Origin: Planctomycetales bacterium
GTDB taxonomy: Bacteria; 4484-113; JAFGCY01
Length of the DNA: 32,000 nt
Assembly (NCBI GenBank): GCA_022646745.1
Contig: CP060262.1
Span: forward strand, 2,040,001-2,072,000
Reading direction: 5' to 3'
Shown: in pieces, positions 15,446 through 24,013 of the stretch
Layout of the letters: each line of letters starts with the position of its first letter
How positions within the stretch are numbered: the first letter of the stretch is position 1
Program-made: the position numbers and the translations under genes
The notes under the pieces: generated by a model
The model's database searches: none
What the model saw: only the letters and a program-made list of their open reading frames with translations
Told to the model about the DNA's origin: nothing

Positions 15446-16720
15446 ATGCCGCAGACCTCTCACAACACCCCGATTCCCGCCTTCATCATGCTCGCCGACG
15501 GTTACATCGCGCGGGGCCGCCAGATCGGCAAGCCCGGCACCACACTCGGCAAGCTGGTGTTCAACACCTCGATGATGGGCTACCAGGAAATCCTCACCGA
15601 CCCTTCCTACGCCGGTGAGATCATCACCTTCACCTTCCCGCTGATCGGGATCTACGGCGTGGCCGAGGGCGACCACCAGAGCCGCCAGGTCTTCGCGCGC
15701 GGGGTGGTGGTAAGCGAGCTGAACGCGACCTCCGACAACTGGCGCGCAGACCGCACGCTCAACGACATGCTGATGCACCAGGGCGTGACCGGCATCAGCG
15801 GGGTGGACACCCGCCGCCTGACGCGGCACCTGCGTGAGCAGGGCGAGATGCCCGGCATCATCACGAGCGAGCTGTCCGTCGAGGAAGCACGCAAGCGCCT
15901 CGCGGAAGCGCCGGACTTCGGCAGCGTGGACTTCGTCAGCGAGGTCACCACGCCGCAGGCCTATGAGGTGCCGGCGATCGCCCCGGATGCGACGCGCTTC
16001 GGCGCGGTTGACAACCCGCGCAGCGACATCACGATGTACAGCGGGCGGGAATTCACCGTGGCGGCCTACGACTTCGGCATCAAGCGCGGCATCCTCGACT
16101 GCCTGGCGCAGCGCGGCTGCACGGTGCACGTCTTCCCAAGTAGCGCCACCGCGGACGAGCTGCTGGCGGTCAGGCCGGACGGGATCTTCCTCTCGAACGG
16201 CCCCGGCGACCCGGAGCGAATGGACTACGTGCTGCCGCATATCCAGCAGCTGTGCGAAAACCTGCCGGTGTTCGGCATCTGCCTCGGGCACCAGCTGATC
16301 GCGCGCGCAATGGGCCTGCCGACCTACAAGCTGAAGTTCGGCAACCGCGGTGGCAACCACCCGGTGCTGGACCTGACGGATGGCCGCGTGCACATCTCGG
16401 CGCAGAACCACAGCTATGCCGTGGCGCTCGCTGACGGGGCACAGGGCCGGCCGGCGGCAGCCGCCGATGGGCGCGAGCGCAGGCCGCTCGGTGACGACCG
16501 CCCGACGGGGCCGTATGCGCACCCGATGAACCCGCGCGTGCTGGTGACGCACCTCAATGTCAACGACGGCAGCTGTGAAGGCCTGATGCTGGCGGACCGC
16601 CCGGTGTTCTCGGTGCAGTACCACCCGGAAGGCAGCCCCGGCCCGCGTGACAACACCTACCTGTTTGACAACTTCTGCCGAAACATGGAAGCGGCGCAGG
16701 GCGCAGCCGTCGGGGGTTAG
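15446..16720 (+). CDS. carA: carbamoyl-phosphate synthase small (glutamine amidotransferase) subunit
   Basis: Signature blocks are VFNTSMMGYQEILTDPSYAGEII, GIFLSNGPGDPE, PVFGICLGHQL (the catalytic Cys) and VQYHPEGSPGPRD (His/Glu). I start it at ATG 15446, because the upstream part of the track ORF crosses the heptad repeats. Confidence 0.9.
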   Translation: MPQTSHNTPIPAFIMLADGYIARGRQIGKPGTTLGKLVFNTSMMGYQEILTDPSYAGEIITFTFPLIGIYGVAEGDHQSRQVFARGVVVSELNATSDNWRADRTLNDMLMHQGVTGISGVDTRRLTRHLREQGEMPGIITSELSVEEARKRLAEAPDFGSVDFVSEVTTPQAYEVPAIAPDATRFGAVDNPRSDITMYSGREFTVAAYDFGIKRGILDCLAQRGCTVHVFPSSATADELLAVRPDGIFLSNGPGDPERMDYVLPHIQQLCENLPVFGICLGHQLIARAMGLPTYKLKFGNRGGNHPVLDLTDGRVHISAQNHSYAVALADGAQGRPAAAADGRERRPLGDDRPTGPYAHPMNPRVLVTHLNVNDGSCEGLMLADRPVFSVQYHPEGSPGPRDNTYLFDNFCRNMEAAQGAAVGG

Positions 16721-18552
16721 TCAATTGCCCCGGTCCATCGCGGCTCAAGTTCCACGCTGAAGATCTGGTCACCTTCGCCATCATCAGGCTGCAGCCGGAT
16801 GCCATGCAGGCCGATCATGCTCAGCAGCATTTTGCTCTCGGTGTTAGTCTGCCAACCCGGACTGGTCATTACCATCTGCACCGAGTTTCCATTGGTGCCA
16901 TTGTTCATTTCCCAGTCCGATTGCCAGGGGGTGTTATCAAGCGGCAGGTAGGCCTCATAGACGACCTGACCATCCATGTCATATATGCGATGGCGGCAGC
17001 AGTCAGATGATGGCAGGTAGTTTGCGAAGATATCCAGGCCAGCAAGCAGCAGGGGAGCAGTGACCTCGAATCCATGCACAAAAGTCCTGTCGCCCACCAC
17101 CTGGCAGACCTGTGAGCGCTCTATCGGCCGGTAGAAGCTGCCCCTGATTTCATTGCCAACGCTTGAAACAAAGAAGTCCCGGCTGTCCATCCAGATCTGG
17201 GCTGCGTCACCAACCACCACAGCGGCATCGGTCATGGTACTGTCAACGAAGTTCAACCGGCCATCCCAGTCAATGGATATCAATTGCTGTCCGGTTCTTG
17301 CCAGTAAGATGAGGGTATTGCCATCATTGGCAGAGCCGCACAGATCCAGACTGTAATGCATGCGTTCCTCGCCGTACTCCCAGCAGATTGTTCCATCGAA
17401 ATCCAGGCAGCAGATCCGTCCGTTGCGCAGGATAAGCAGCCGCTGTCGCTCATTGTCAACAATCAGTGACTGTTGGAGGGGAACCGGCCTTGCGTACTCC
17501 GCCGCATACATTTGCTCAGGCAGCAATGATTGTTTTTCCAGCTTCAGGCCGGCTGCCGGGCGCATGTCACTGATTCTTTGCAGTTCCCTGCCGGATTCAT
17601 CCAGCAGCAGCAGTGTGGAGGTGCCCAGCTCCGTAGCCTGCTTGAGGGAGACGATGATCCGGCCGGGCAGCACTGCCATTTCAGCTTCCTCTATTTCAAG
17701 GCCGGGATCCATCCTGATTTCAGCAATCAGGTCAAGTTGGTCTTCCAGCAGCCAGAATGAACCCTGACCATCTGTTGCGATGAAAATGCCGGCGCTGAAG
17801 CAGAATGCGCTGACAAGATTGGAAGATGGACGAAAGCTTTTCTCCACCTGCAGATGTCTGCCAAGCAGCTCCAAGCTGCCATTCCTGACAGTGGCTACCA
17901 GCCCCTGTCCGATCAATTCCGTTGCCAGCGGGTCAACGCTTATCGAACCCTGGCTGTCCAGCCGGCCATCCCCGGATAGCCAGTGGAGATCGTGCTTGCC
18001 ATCGAGGAAGACCACATCGCCATCCGCACATAGGAACAGGTTTTCCTTCCAGGAGCTTGCCACGGAGGGGACATCCAGTTCCCAGCCCATTGTGCCCGCC
18101 TCATCATATTGATACAAACGGTCAGTCCCTTCGTCACCCGGTCTGGTGAACATCTCTTCGTAACCCGGCCTGATGAGCAATACGGAGCTGGCGGGTTCGA
18201 CGGGCTGGACCAGCTCCGTACCAGTTGGGGACTTAACTGTCCAGGCAGGCTGACCGTCACGCACGCCTCGCAGTTCGTGGCCATGCGTGACTCTCGTATT
18301 GCCTACATCTACGCTGGGGAAGAATTGAACTCTTCCGTGATACTGAATGTAGTGCCCCCAGTCGCGGTCCTGGCTCATTGTGTAGCTGACCCGGAATCCA
18401 AGGGATTCATTGGATCGTATTGCCGCTTCCCTGCCGGTTGTCAATGCAAGTGCACCAGCCAGCCAGGCCAGGCACAGCAGCAAGGCGGTCCGCCAGAGCG
18501 AACGCCTGAATCTGCTGGATGCACCTCCTGCCACTGCGCTCCAAGCATACAT
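16717..18552 (-). CDS. membrane-anchored beta-propeller-like repeat protein, paralogue 1 of 4
   Basis: The N-terminus has an RFRR motif plus a TM segment (ALLLCLAWLAGALALT). It contains iterated D/G-x-G-x-hydrophobic-W repeats such as DGQPAWTV, AGTMGWEL, DGTICWEY and DWDGRLNF. It shares DGQGSFWLL and the C-terminal MLLSMIGL motif with its neighbours. Confidence 0.8.
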   Translation of the reverse strand: MYAWSAVAGGASSRFRRSLWRTALLLCLAWLAGALALTTGREAAIRSNESLGFRVSYTMSQDRDWGHYIQYHGRVQFFPSVDVGNTRVTHGHELRGVRDGQPAWTVKSPTGTELVQPVEPASSVLLIRPGYEEMFTRPGDEGTDRLYQYDEAGTMGWELDVPSVASSWKENLFLCADGDVVFLDGKHDLHWLSGDGRLDSQGSISVDPLATELIGQGLVATVRNGSLELLGRHLQVEKSFRPSSNLVSAFCFSAGIFIATDGQGSFWLLEDQLDLIAEIRMDPGLEIEEAEMAVLPGRIIVSLKQATELGTSTLLLLDESGRELQRISDMRPAAGLKLEKQSLLPEQMYAAEYARPVPLQQSLIVDNERQRLLILRNGRICCLDFDGTICWEYGEERMHYSLDLCGSANDGNTLILLARTGQQLISIDWDGRLNFVDSTMTDAAVVVGDAAQIWMDSRDFFVSSVGNEIRGSFYRPIERSQVCQVVGDRTFVHGFEVTAPLLLAGLDIFANYLPSSDCCRHRIYDMDGQVVYEAYLPLDNTPWQSDWEMNNGTNGNSVQMVMTSPGWQTNTESKMLLSMIGLHGIRLQPDDGEGDQIFSVELEPRWTGAID

Positions 18553-18610
18553 CCCCGCAGGGAAGTGGGATCAGCCGGGGCTTGACTGTCGGATCTTCAG
18601 GGGAGGCAGG

Positions 18611-20356
18611 TCAGTCCGCCGCCAGCTTGGCGATCATCGTCAAGGGGCCATAGGGCAGGGCCGGGCCGCTGGCGTGGTTGCGGAAGCCCAGCAGGCTGAG
18701 CATCGTGTACTGGCGGAACCAGGCCGGCTGCTGCTGGCGGGATTCCACCTTGAGGAAGTTGTCACCCCAGCCCGACGAGATATTCGGCAGCTCACTGACT
18801 GCAATGCGTTGGCGGCTGAGCAGCGTGCCATGCGCATCCAGCAGGCTGTGTCGGCAGCAGTACTGTATGTAGTGGCTGGCGGACTTCCCCGGGACGCTGA
18901 ACAGCAGCGGGGTGACGTTGTCAATCGGCTCAAGCACATGCACGAACAGCCGGCCGCTACTGGACTGCGCATAGACCTGGCCGCCGCGCGGTACCGGGAT
19001 TGGCTCCAGCAGGCCCTCTGCAGTGCAGGCCTGCAGGGTCCCGGCATCACTGCGCCAGTAGCCGTATCCGCCATGGTACTGCGGTGACTGCCCGGTTTCC
19101 AGCCTGGACTGCCACAGCACATTTCCATCCCAGTCCATCGCCAGCAGCTCGCGCTCGTGGCTGAGCAGCAGCTGTCCCTCGTAGGGGAAGTAGTAGTCAT
19201 TGTCCAGCGCGGAACTACCCAGCGGGTTGGCGGTTTCCCAGAGGACATTCAGCTCACTGTCCAGGCCCACCAGCTTGCTGTCCGTCGCCAGCAGGTGGCG
19301 CTCGCCGGAGCTGTCAGAGACCAGGAAATCAGTCAGCTTAAGGCTGAATATGGAATTGATGGGAACATTAAAGTAATCCCATTCAAATGGCTCATTCTGG
19401 CATCCGCCATATTTGTCATAATCCATTTCGTCCTTTCGCCAGAGCACACCGGCCGCACTGTCAACCAGAAGCAGGCTGGAGTGGGCCGGGTCTGCGGCGT
19501 TCTCCAGGTGCACTGCGAAGCGCTCACCGGCGGCGCTGAGGCACATCCTGCCCGAAGCGGGAGTGTCAGTGCTGAACCTCGCCAGCTCCTGCAAAGCGCT
19601 GTCGAGGATCCAGAAGCTGCCGTGGCGATCCGTCACCAGCAGGCAGCCATTACTCACGGACAGCACCGGCTCATTCCCGGTGGGACATTGCCAGCTCGCC
19701 TGCGCGCGCATTTTCGGGGAATAGAGTCTGATGCCGGAGCCACTGCGTGTCACGATCCCGATGCCTGACAGCGGGAAGCTGTACTCAGGGTCCAGCTCGA
19801 CATCCGCGCCGTGGACATTGCCGGCTGCGTCAATGTACAGCATGCGTGGTTCAGTGGTGCAGATGAATACGCCGTCATCCGGGCCGGCCTCCGTGGACTG
19901 GATCGTGCTGCCCTCGCTGAAGCTGATGCTGCGTTGCCAGATCGCCCTGCCGGACAGGTCAAAGCCACTCAACTGACAGGATGCTTCGCCACTGGACTGG
20001 CCCAGCACCAGCACCGGGCCGGCCGCGCAGTCAAAGCGCGGGAAGTGACTGTCGGCCTCAACCGCTTGCCGCCAGAGTTCGTCCTGCCCACGGAAAGCCA
20101 CCAGCAGGCCGTTGCTGATGGTGAAGTACTGTTCTTCCGGCCCCTGGCAGAATCCATAGCGCACACGGGTAGCGGGCAGCGAGCAGATGAAACCGCCGGT
20201 GTTCGGCGGCGGGGCACTGGCTCCTTCGATCAGCATGTAGCGCACATGCTGCCCCGGGTCGCGCGGTGCGGAAAGCTTCAGCGGGACGAGTGCAAGGCTG
20301 CCCAAGAGCCAGATTGCCACAAACAGCATTGCCACCCGCTTCTGCAGCAGCCTCAT
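18611..20356 (-). CDS. membrane-anchored beta-propeller-like repeat protein, paralogue 2 of 4
   Basis: I take the start as ATG 20356 (MRLLQKRVAMLFVAIWLLGSLAL). The longer track ORF overlaps the upstream gene. Repeats include SGRAIWQRS, AGVLWRKD, LNVLWETA and DWDGNVLWQS. It also has DRHGSFWIL and MLSLLGF motifs. Confidence 0.8.
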   Translation of the reverse strand: MRLLQKRVAMLFVAIWLLGSLALVPLKLSAPRDPGQHVRYMLIEGASAPPPNTGGFICSLPATRVRYGFCQGPEEQYFTISNGLLVAFRGQDELWRQAVEADSHFPRFDCAAGPVLVLGQSSGEASCQLSGFDLSGRAIWQRSISFSEGSTIQSTEAGPDDGVFICTTEPRMLYIDAAGNVHGADVELDPEYSFPLSGIGIVTRSGSGIRLYSPKMRAQASWQCPTGNEPVLSVSNGCLLVTDRHGSFWILDSALQELARFSTDTPASGRMCLSAAGERFAVHLENAADPAHSSLLLVDSAAGVLWRKDEMDYDKYGGCQNEPFEWDYFNVPINSIFSLKLTDFLVSDSSGERHLLATDSKLVGLDSELNVLWETANPLGSSALDNDYYFPYEGQLLLSHERELLAMDWDGNVLWQSRLETGQSPQYHGGYGYWRSDAGTLQACTAEGLLEPIPVPRGGQVYAQSSSGRLFVHVLEPIDNVTPLLFSVPGKSASHYIQYCCRHSLLDAHGTLLSRQRIAVSELPNISSGWGDNFLKVESRQQQPAWFRQYTMLSLLGFRNHASGPALPYGPLTMIAKLAAD

Positions 20357-20439
20357 TCTGATGAGTGCAATGTCAAGACCCACAGGCAATGATACCCGCT
20401 TTGCCAATTCCTTGTGTGAAGACGGCCCCGCGAGCGGCG

Positions 20440-22233
20440 TCAGCGCTCTTCCAGCAGGAATTCGCAACGTGCAAATCCCTTGTGTGGGCCGCCTGTTCCG
20501 AGTGCCTTGCCAAAGCCTGCCAGGCTGAGCATGCTGCGGCTGCGTGCCCACGCTGGGATCGTGGCGGCGGATACTGAAGCGGGCACGCCGCCCCCGGCAT
20601 GCACAGCGCTGTCCACACTGAGGAATGGCAACCTGCCTCGATGCAATTCCTCGCCGGACAGATTGACAACCCGGTGCAGGATGCACAGTTGGTTCGAGCC
20701 TGAATGCGGCCTGTGCTGCATCAGTTCCATGAAGTAGTTCAACGGGCTGTTACAGGGCGTGTACTGGTGGACCAGCAGTTCCCCTTCCCACTCCTGGCAA
20801 CTGAAGCCGGTGCTGCCGATCGGCAGTCGGGGCTCCAGCAGCCTGCCGTCCTGCATCACCTGCAGCAGGCCGGAGCTGTGGATCCAGGCGCAGTAGCTGG
20901 TGCCAACAAATGCTTCCGAGTCCTTTGCAATGTCGTCATACCAGAGCAGTTCGCCAGCGGGGGAGACTGCCAGCAGCGGGTCACTGACCTGTGGATTGAA
21001 ACCGAAGACTTCAAACTGGACTCCACGCAGGATCAGGTTGTCATCCGGCAGGGGAATCCCGCTGGGCTGGAGCAGGCTGTCAATGCCGACCAGGGGCAGC
21101 TGCCAGCGCAGGCTGGTATCAGCACCGATGCAGGCCAGGCCATCGCGGCTCTGGATCAGCATGCTGCCATCATCCCAGCCCGGCACCAGCAGGTCCGCCA
21201 GCGGTGGATTCTCCAGCAGGTCATCACCTTCGCGCCATGTGTAGCTGTCCCATGGCCCGAAGGAGTAGTCAAAGTTGTGTGGCAGCTTCAGGCGTGGGGC
21301 GGTGATGGTCCAGCTGTGACGGCCGCTGCTGTCAAACATCCAGAGCTCGCCGTAGCCCAGTTGCAGTCCGTGCTCCTTGCCAAGCAGGATCGCGGTGCAA
21401 TCTCCCATTGAATAGACATGCAGCAGCTTGCTGAAGGCTGGATCAGCGCTGAAGCTGAACAGTTCCTCCAGCTGCATGTTGAGCCCCCAGTAGTGGCCAT
21501 CACCATCGTTGGCAATGATCACAGGTCCCTGGTAGTGCACCGAGTCAATCCGGCCTGTCGGGCTATGCCAGCTGTGCAGCTCCCGCATGTGCAGGTCATA
21601 GTATGCGAGCCTGTCCCCCACCGGTGTGATGATGCAGCGGTTGCGCACCAGCAGCGAATCGTGGATTGACATGCTCGCCGCGGGAACTGGCAACAGCCGT
21701 CCATCAGGAGCGACCGGCTGGATGTCTCCATCGTTCAGTAGCACCAGTGCAAAGCCGTCAGCCCCGACGCATACGCTAGCCTCCTGCGGATAATCATATT
21801 GTCCACCCAGCGGTGTGGTCCAGAGCAGCTCTCCATCGCTGCTGACGGCACTCAAGCTGGTCAGCTCCTTGTCACTGTCACGCTGCATTACGCGGAACTG
21901 CCTGTCCCCGAAATCTGATGAGACCAGCACGCTGTTTGCGGCGACCTCCAATCGCCATTGTTCCGTTCCGTCGTCAAGGTAAACGAGCTGGCCGTCGTCG
22001 ATGTAGTACTCGAGCTGTGGCCATTCGCCGTATTCAAGATCGTCAGTTTCCCAGAGTGAGGAATCTGAGTACCGGTATGCTTCGAATCGGTAAGTAATGT
22101 CCAGCTGTGACGGATCATGCTGCCGGGCCAGCCTCGCGACCCCGATCAGCAGGCAGCCTGTGAGCCACAGGGTAAAGAACAGCAAGCCGCAGCGCAGCAC
22201 AGTCCTTTGGAAGCGGGCCGCCCTGTCCCCCAT
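20440..22233 (-). CDS. membrane-anchored beta-propeller-like repeat protein, paralogue 3 of 4
   Basis: The start is ATG 22233 (MGDRAARFQRTVLRCGLLFFTLWL), with GGGAG 5 nt upstream and only 10 nt after the stop of the preceding gene. Repeats include DGELLWTT, TSLRWQLPL and AGELLWYD. It also has DGDGHYWGL and MLSLAGFG motifs. Confidence 0.8.
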   Translation of the reverse strand: MGDRAARFQRTVLRCGLLFFTLWLTGCLLIGVARLARQHDPSQLDITYRFEAYRYSDSSLWETDDLEYGEWPQLEYYIDDGQLVYLDDGTEQWRLEVAANSVLVSSDFGDRQFRVMQRDSDKELTSLSAVSSDGELLWTTPLGGQYDYPQEASVCVGADGFALVLLNDGDIQPVAPDGRLLPVPAASMSIHDSLLVRNRCIITPVGDRLAYYDLHMRELHSWHSPTGRIDSVHYQGPVIIANDGDGHYWGLNMQLEELFSFSADPAFSKLLHVYSMGDCTAILLGKEHGLQLGYGELWMFDSSGRHSWTITAPRLKLPHNFDYSFGPWDSYTWREGDDLLENPPLADLLVPGWDDGSMLIQSRDGLACIGADTSLRWQLPLVGIDSLLQPSGIPLPDDNLILRGVQFEVFGFNPQVSDPLLAVSPAGELLWYDDIAKDSEAFVGTSYCAWIHSSGLLQVMQDGRLLEPRLPIGSTGFSCQEWEGELLVHQYTPCNSPLNYFMELMQHRPHSGSNQLCILHRVVNLSGEELHRGRLPFLSVDSAVHAGGGVPASVSAATIPAWARSRSMLSLAGFGKALGTGGPHKGFARCEFLLEER

Positions 22234-22243
22234 GCCTGCTCCC

Positions 22244-23965
22244 TCAGCCCTGCGGCTGGCGGAAGATGAACTCCCATGTTTCGTAGCTGCTGCTGTATCC
22301 GCCGTATCCACCGTAGGCGGCGTAGCTTCGCTGCGGGTAGGCCACCACCGCCAGGCTGCCATCCGGCTGGCGGTGCAGCCGGTCGATGTCCATCCGTTCC
22401 GGCAGCAGGGCCCGCCACAAGCGCTCTCCCTGCTTGTCATAGCAGTCCACATAGGCCCGCTCGGAGAGGTCCAGCGCACGCCGCAGGTCGTCCAGCAGCC
22501 AGTTGTAGCCGGCGATCTCCTGGTTGGAGTTGCGCACGTAGATGTACTCGCCGTCCTTTGTCACGTTGTATTCGTCGCCTTCCGCCAGTTCGAGGTCCAG
22601 TACCAGCTCACCGCTGGAGTTGATCCCGCTCAGTCTGTTGTCAATCGTGCGGAAGGTGGTCAGGCCTCCGGCGCTGCTGACGACGCGCATCAGGCCGAAG
22701 CGGTCGGCCAGCTCATAGCGCCACTGCTCGTTGCCGTCCCAGTCCAGCGAGATCAGCTCGTGGTCGCGCACATGCACCACCAACCGCTCGTCATCGGAGC
22801 TGACAACCTCACCGGAGGGCCCGCAGTTCAGGCTCCACAGTTCACGCCACTGGCTGTCAACGCAGTACACGCTCTCCACGCCGGCCTTGAACACGCGCCG
22901 CCCGTCCGGCCCGCTGATGAAGTTCTCCGAGGCGCTGACGTCGCCAGGATAGCCGAAGTAGGGGTAGCCCTGGCCATGCCATAGCCGCTCACCCAGAGCC
23001 GAAATGACCATCCAGTCGCTGGTGTTGAAGAACAGGATTGTGAATCCATCGATTTCCTCGGCATGGAAATTGCTGGACTGCGTGCCATAGGCATCCGCAA
23101 TCGTCGGTGGCAGGCTGTCCTTCCAGGCCACATTGCCATTTCCGTCAAGGCAGTGCAGGCGCATCAGCCTGTCCCGTGCAATGATGCTCTGGCCAGCGGT
23201 GGCCGCAAACAGAATCTGTGTGCCATCGTCCGGCGTGTACTCCCAGTCCGGTTCAAAGGCGGCCGTCCAGCAGCGCAGCCGGCCCGTTCCGCCTTCCACC
23301 ATGAAGCGTCCAGCGTCCGGCAGCGGCTGTGTATGGCGCATGTCGGTGTCAAGCTGGAAGCGACGCAGGGCCTTGCCATCGGCACTGATCCAGGCCACGT
23401 TGCCGGACTCTCCGCAGACCGCCAGGGTGCCATCCGGACCGACGCTCGCCAGGCTGTCCAGCGGGGTCTGCAGTGGCAGTTGCCAGAGCAGTGCACCGCC
23501 GGGGCTGATGGCGCTTGCTGTGCAGTCGCCAGTCGCCGGGTCAAAGCCCAGCACCCTGATGTGCTCTGTCCCTCCCCAGGGCGTTGCCAGCCGCAGGTTG
23601 CCCGAGAGCGGCACTTCCCATGCCACGCTGCCATCCTTATCCAGCCTGACCAGTCCGCGCCCCATCACCCGCAGCGGGCCGCCCGACAGGCGGGGATCAT
23701 CTTCACTGGTCGTGAAGGAACCATAGGGGCTGTAGAAGCTGGAGCTGGCGATCTGGTAGTCGGTCTCGGGCATCGCCAGGCGCATCTCCGCCGGGGCCAG
23801 TGTCCGCACGCCATGCAGGCGGTGCCGGTTGGCCAGCCACAGCGGCAGGGCCACCAGCAGCCACAGCGCGGGAAGGCCCAGCAGCACCGTGCGCAGCTGG
23901 CGCACGAAGCGCAGGCGAGCGCTGAACTCACCGCCGGGCTGCATTGTGCTGTAATCCCACACCAT
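22244..23965 (-). CDS. membrane-anchored beta-propeller-like repeat protein, paralogue 4 of 4
   Basis: The N-terminus is ARLRFVRQLRTVLLGLPALWLLVALPLWL. There are nine or more repeats of type DGSVAWEVPL, GGALLWQLPL, GNVAWKDSL, DGNEQWRYEL and GERLWRALL, as in PQQ/BamB-like propellers. An alternative start is ATG 23944. Confidence 0.8.
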   Translation of the reverse strand: MVWDYSTMQPGGEFSARLRFVRQLRTVLLGLPALWLLVALPLWLANRHRLHGVRTLAPAEMRLAMPETDYQIASSSFYSPYGSFTTSEDDPRLSGGPLRVMGRGLVRLDKDGSVAWEVPLSGNLRLATPWGGTEHIRVLGFDPATGDCTASAISPGGALLWQLPLQTPLDSLASVGPDGTLAVCGESGNVAWISADGKALRRFQLDTDMRHTQPLPDAGRFMVEGGTGRLRCWTAAFEPDWEYTPDDGTQILFAATAGQSIIARDRLMRLHCLDGNGNVAWKDSLPPTIADAYGTQSSNFHAEEIDGFTILFFNTSDWMVISALGERLWHGQGYPYFGYPGDVSASENFISGPDGRRVFKAGVESVYCVDSQWRELWSLNCGPSGEVVSSDDERLVVHVRDHELISLDWDGNEQWRYELADRFGLMRVVSSAGGLTTFRTIDNRLSGINSSGELVLDLELAEGDEYNVTKDGEYIYVRNSNQEIAGYNWLLDDLRRALDLSERAYVDCYDKQGERLWRALLPERMDIDRLHRQPDGSLAVVAYPQRSYAAYGGYGGYSSSYETWEFIFRQPQG

Positions 23966-24013
23966 GCGCAGTATAACGGAGAGCCGCCCTCAGGCGTTCG
24001 ATCAGGCCACGGC

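Noticed and set aside
15329-16624. 431-aa minus-strand ORF
   Set aside because: It is antisense to carA and is a shadow ORF.
20357-20686. 5' extension of paralogue 2 ORF, and similarly 22234-22479 for paralogue 3
   Set aside because: The extensions overlap the 3' end of the upstream paralogue and encode R/G/C/Q-rich sequence. The conserved Arg-box plus TM N-terminus starts at the internal ATGs (20356 and 22233), and the latter has an SD.
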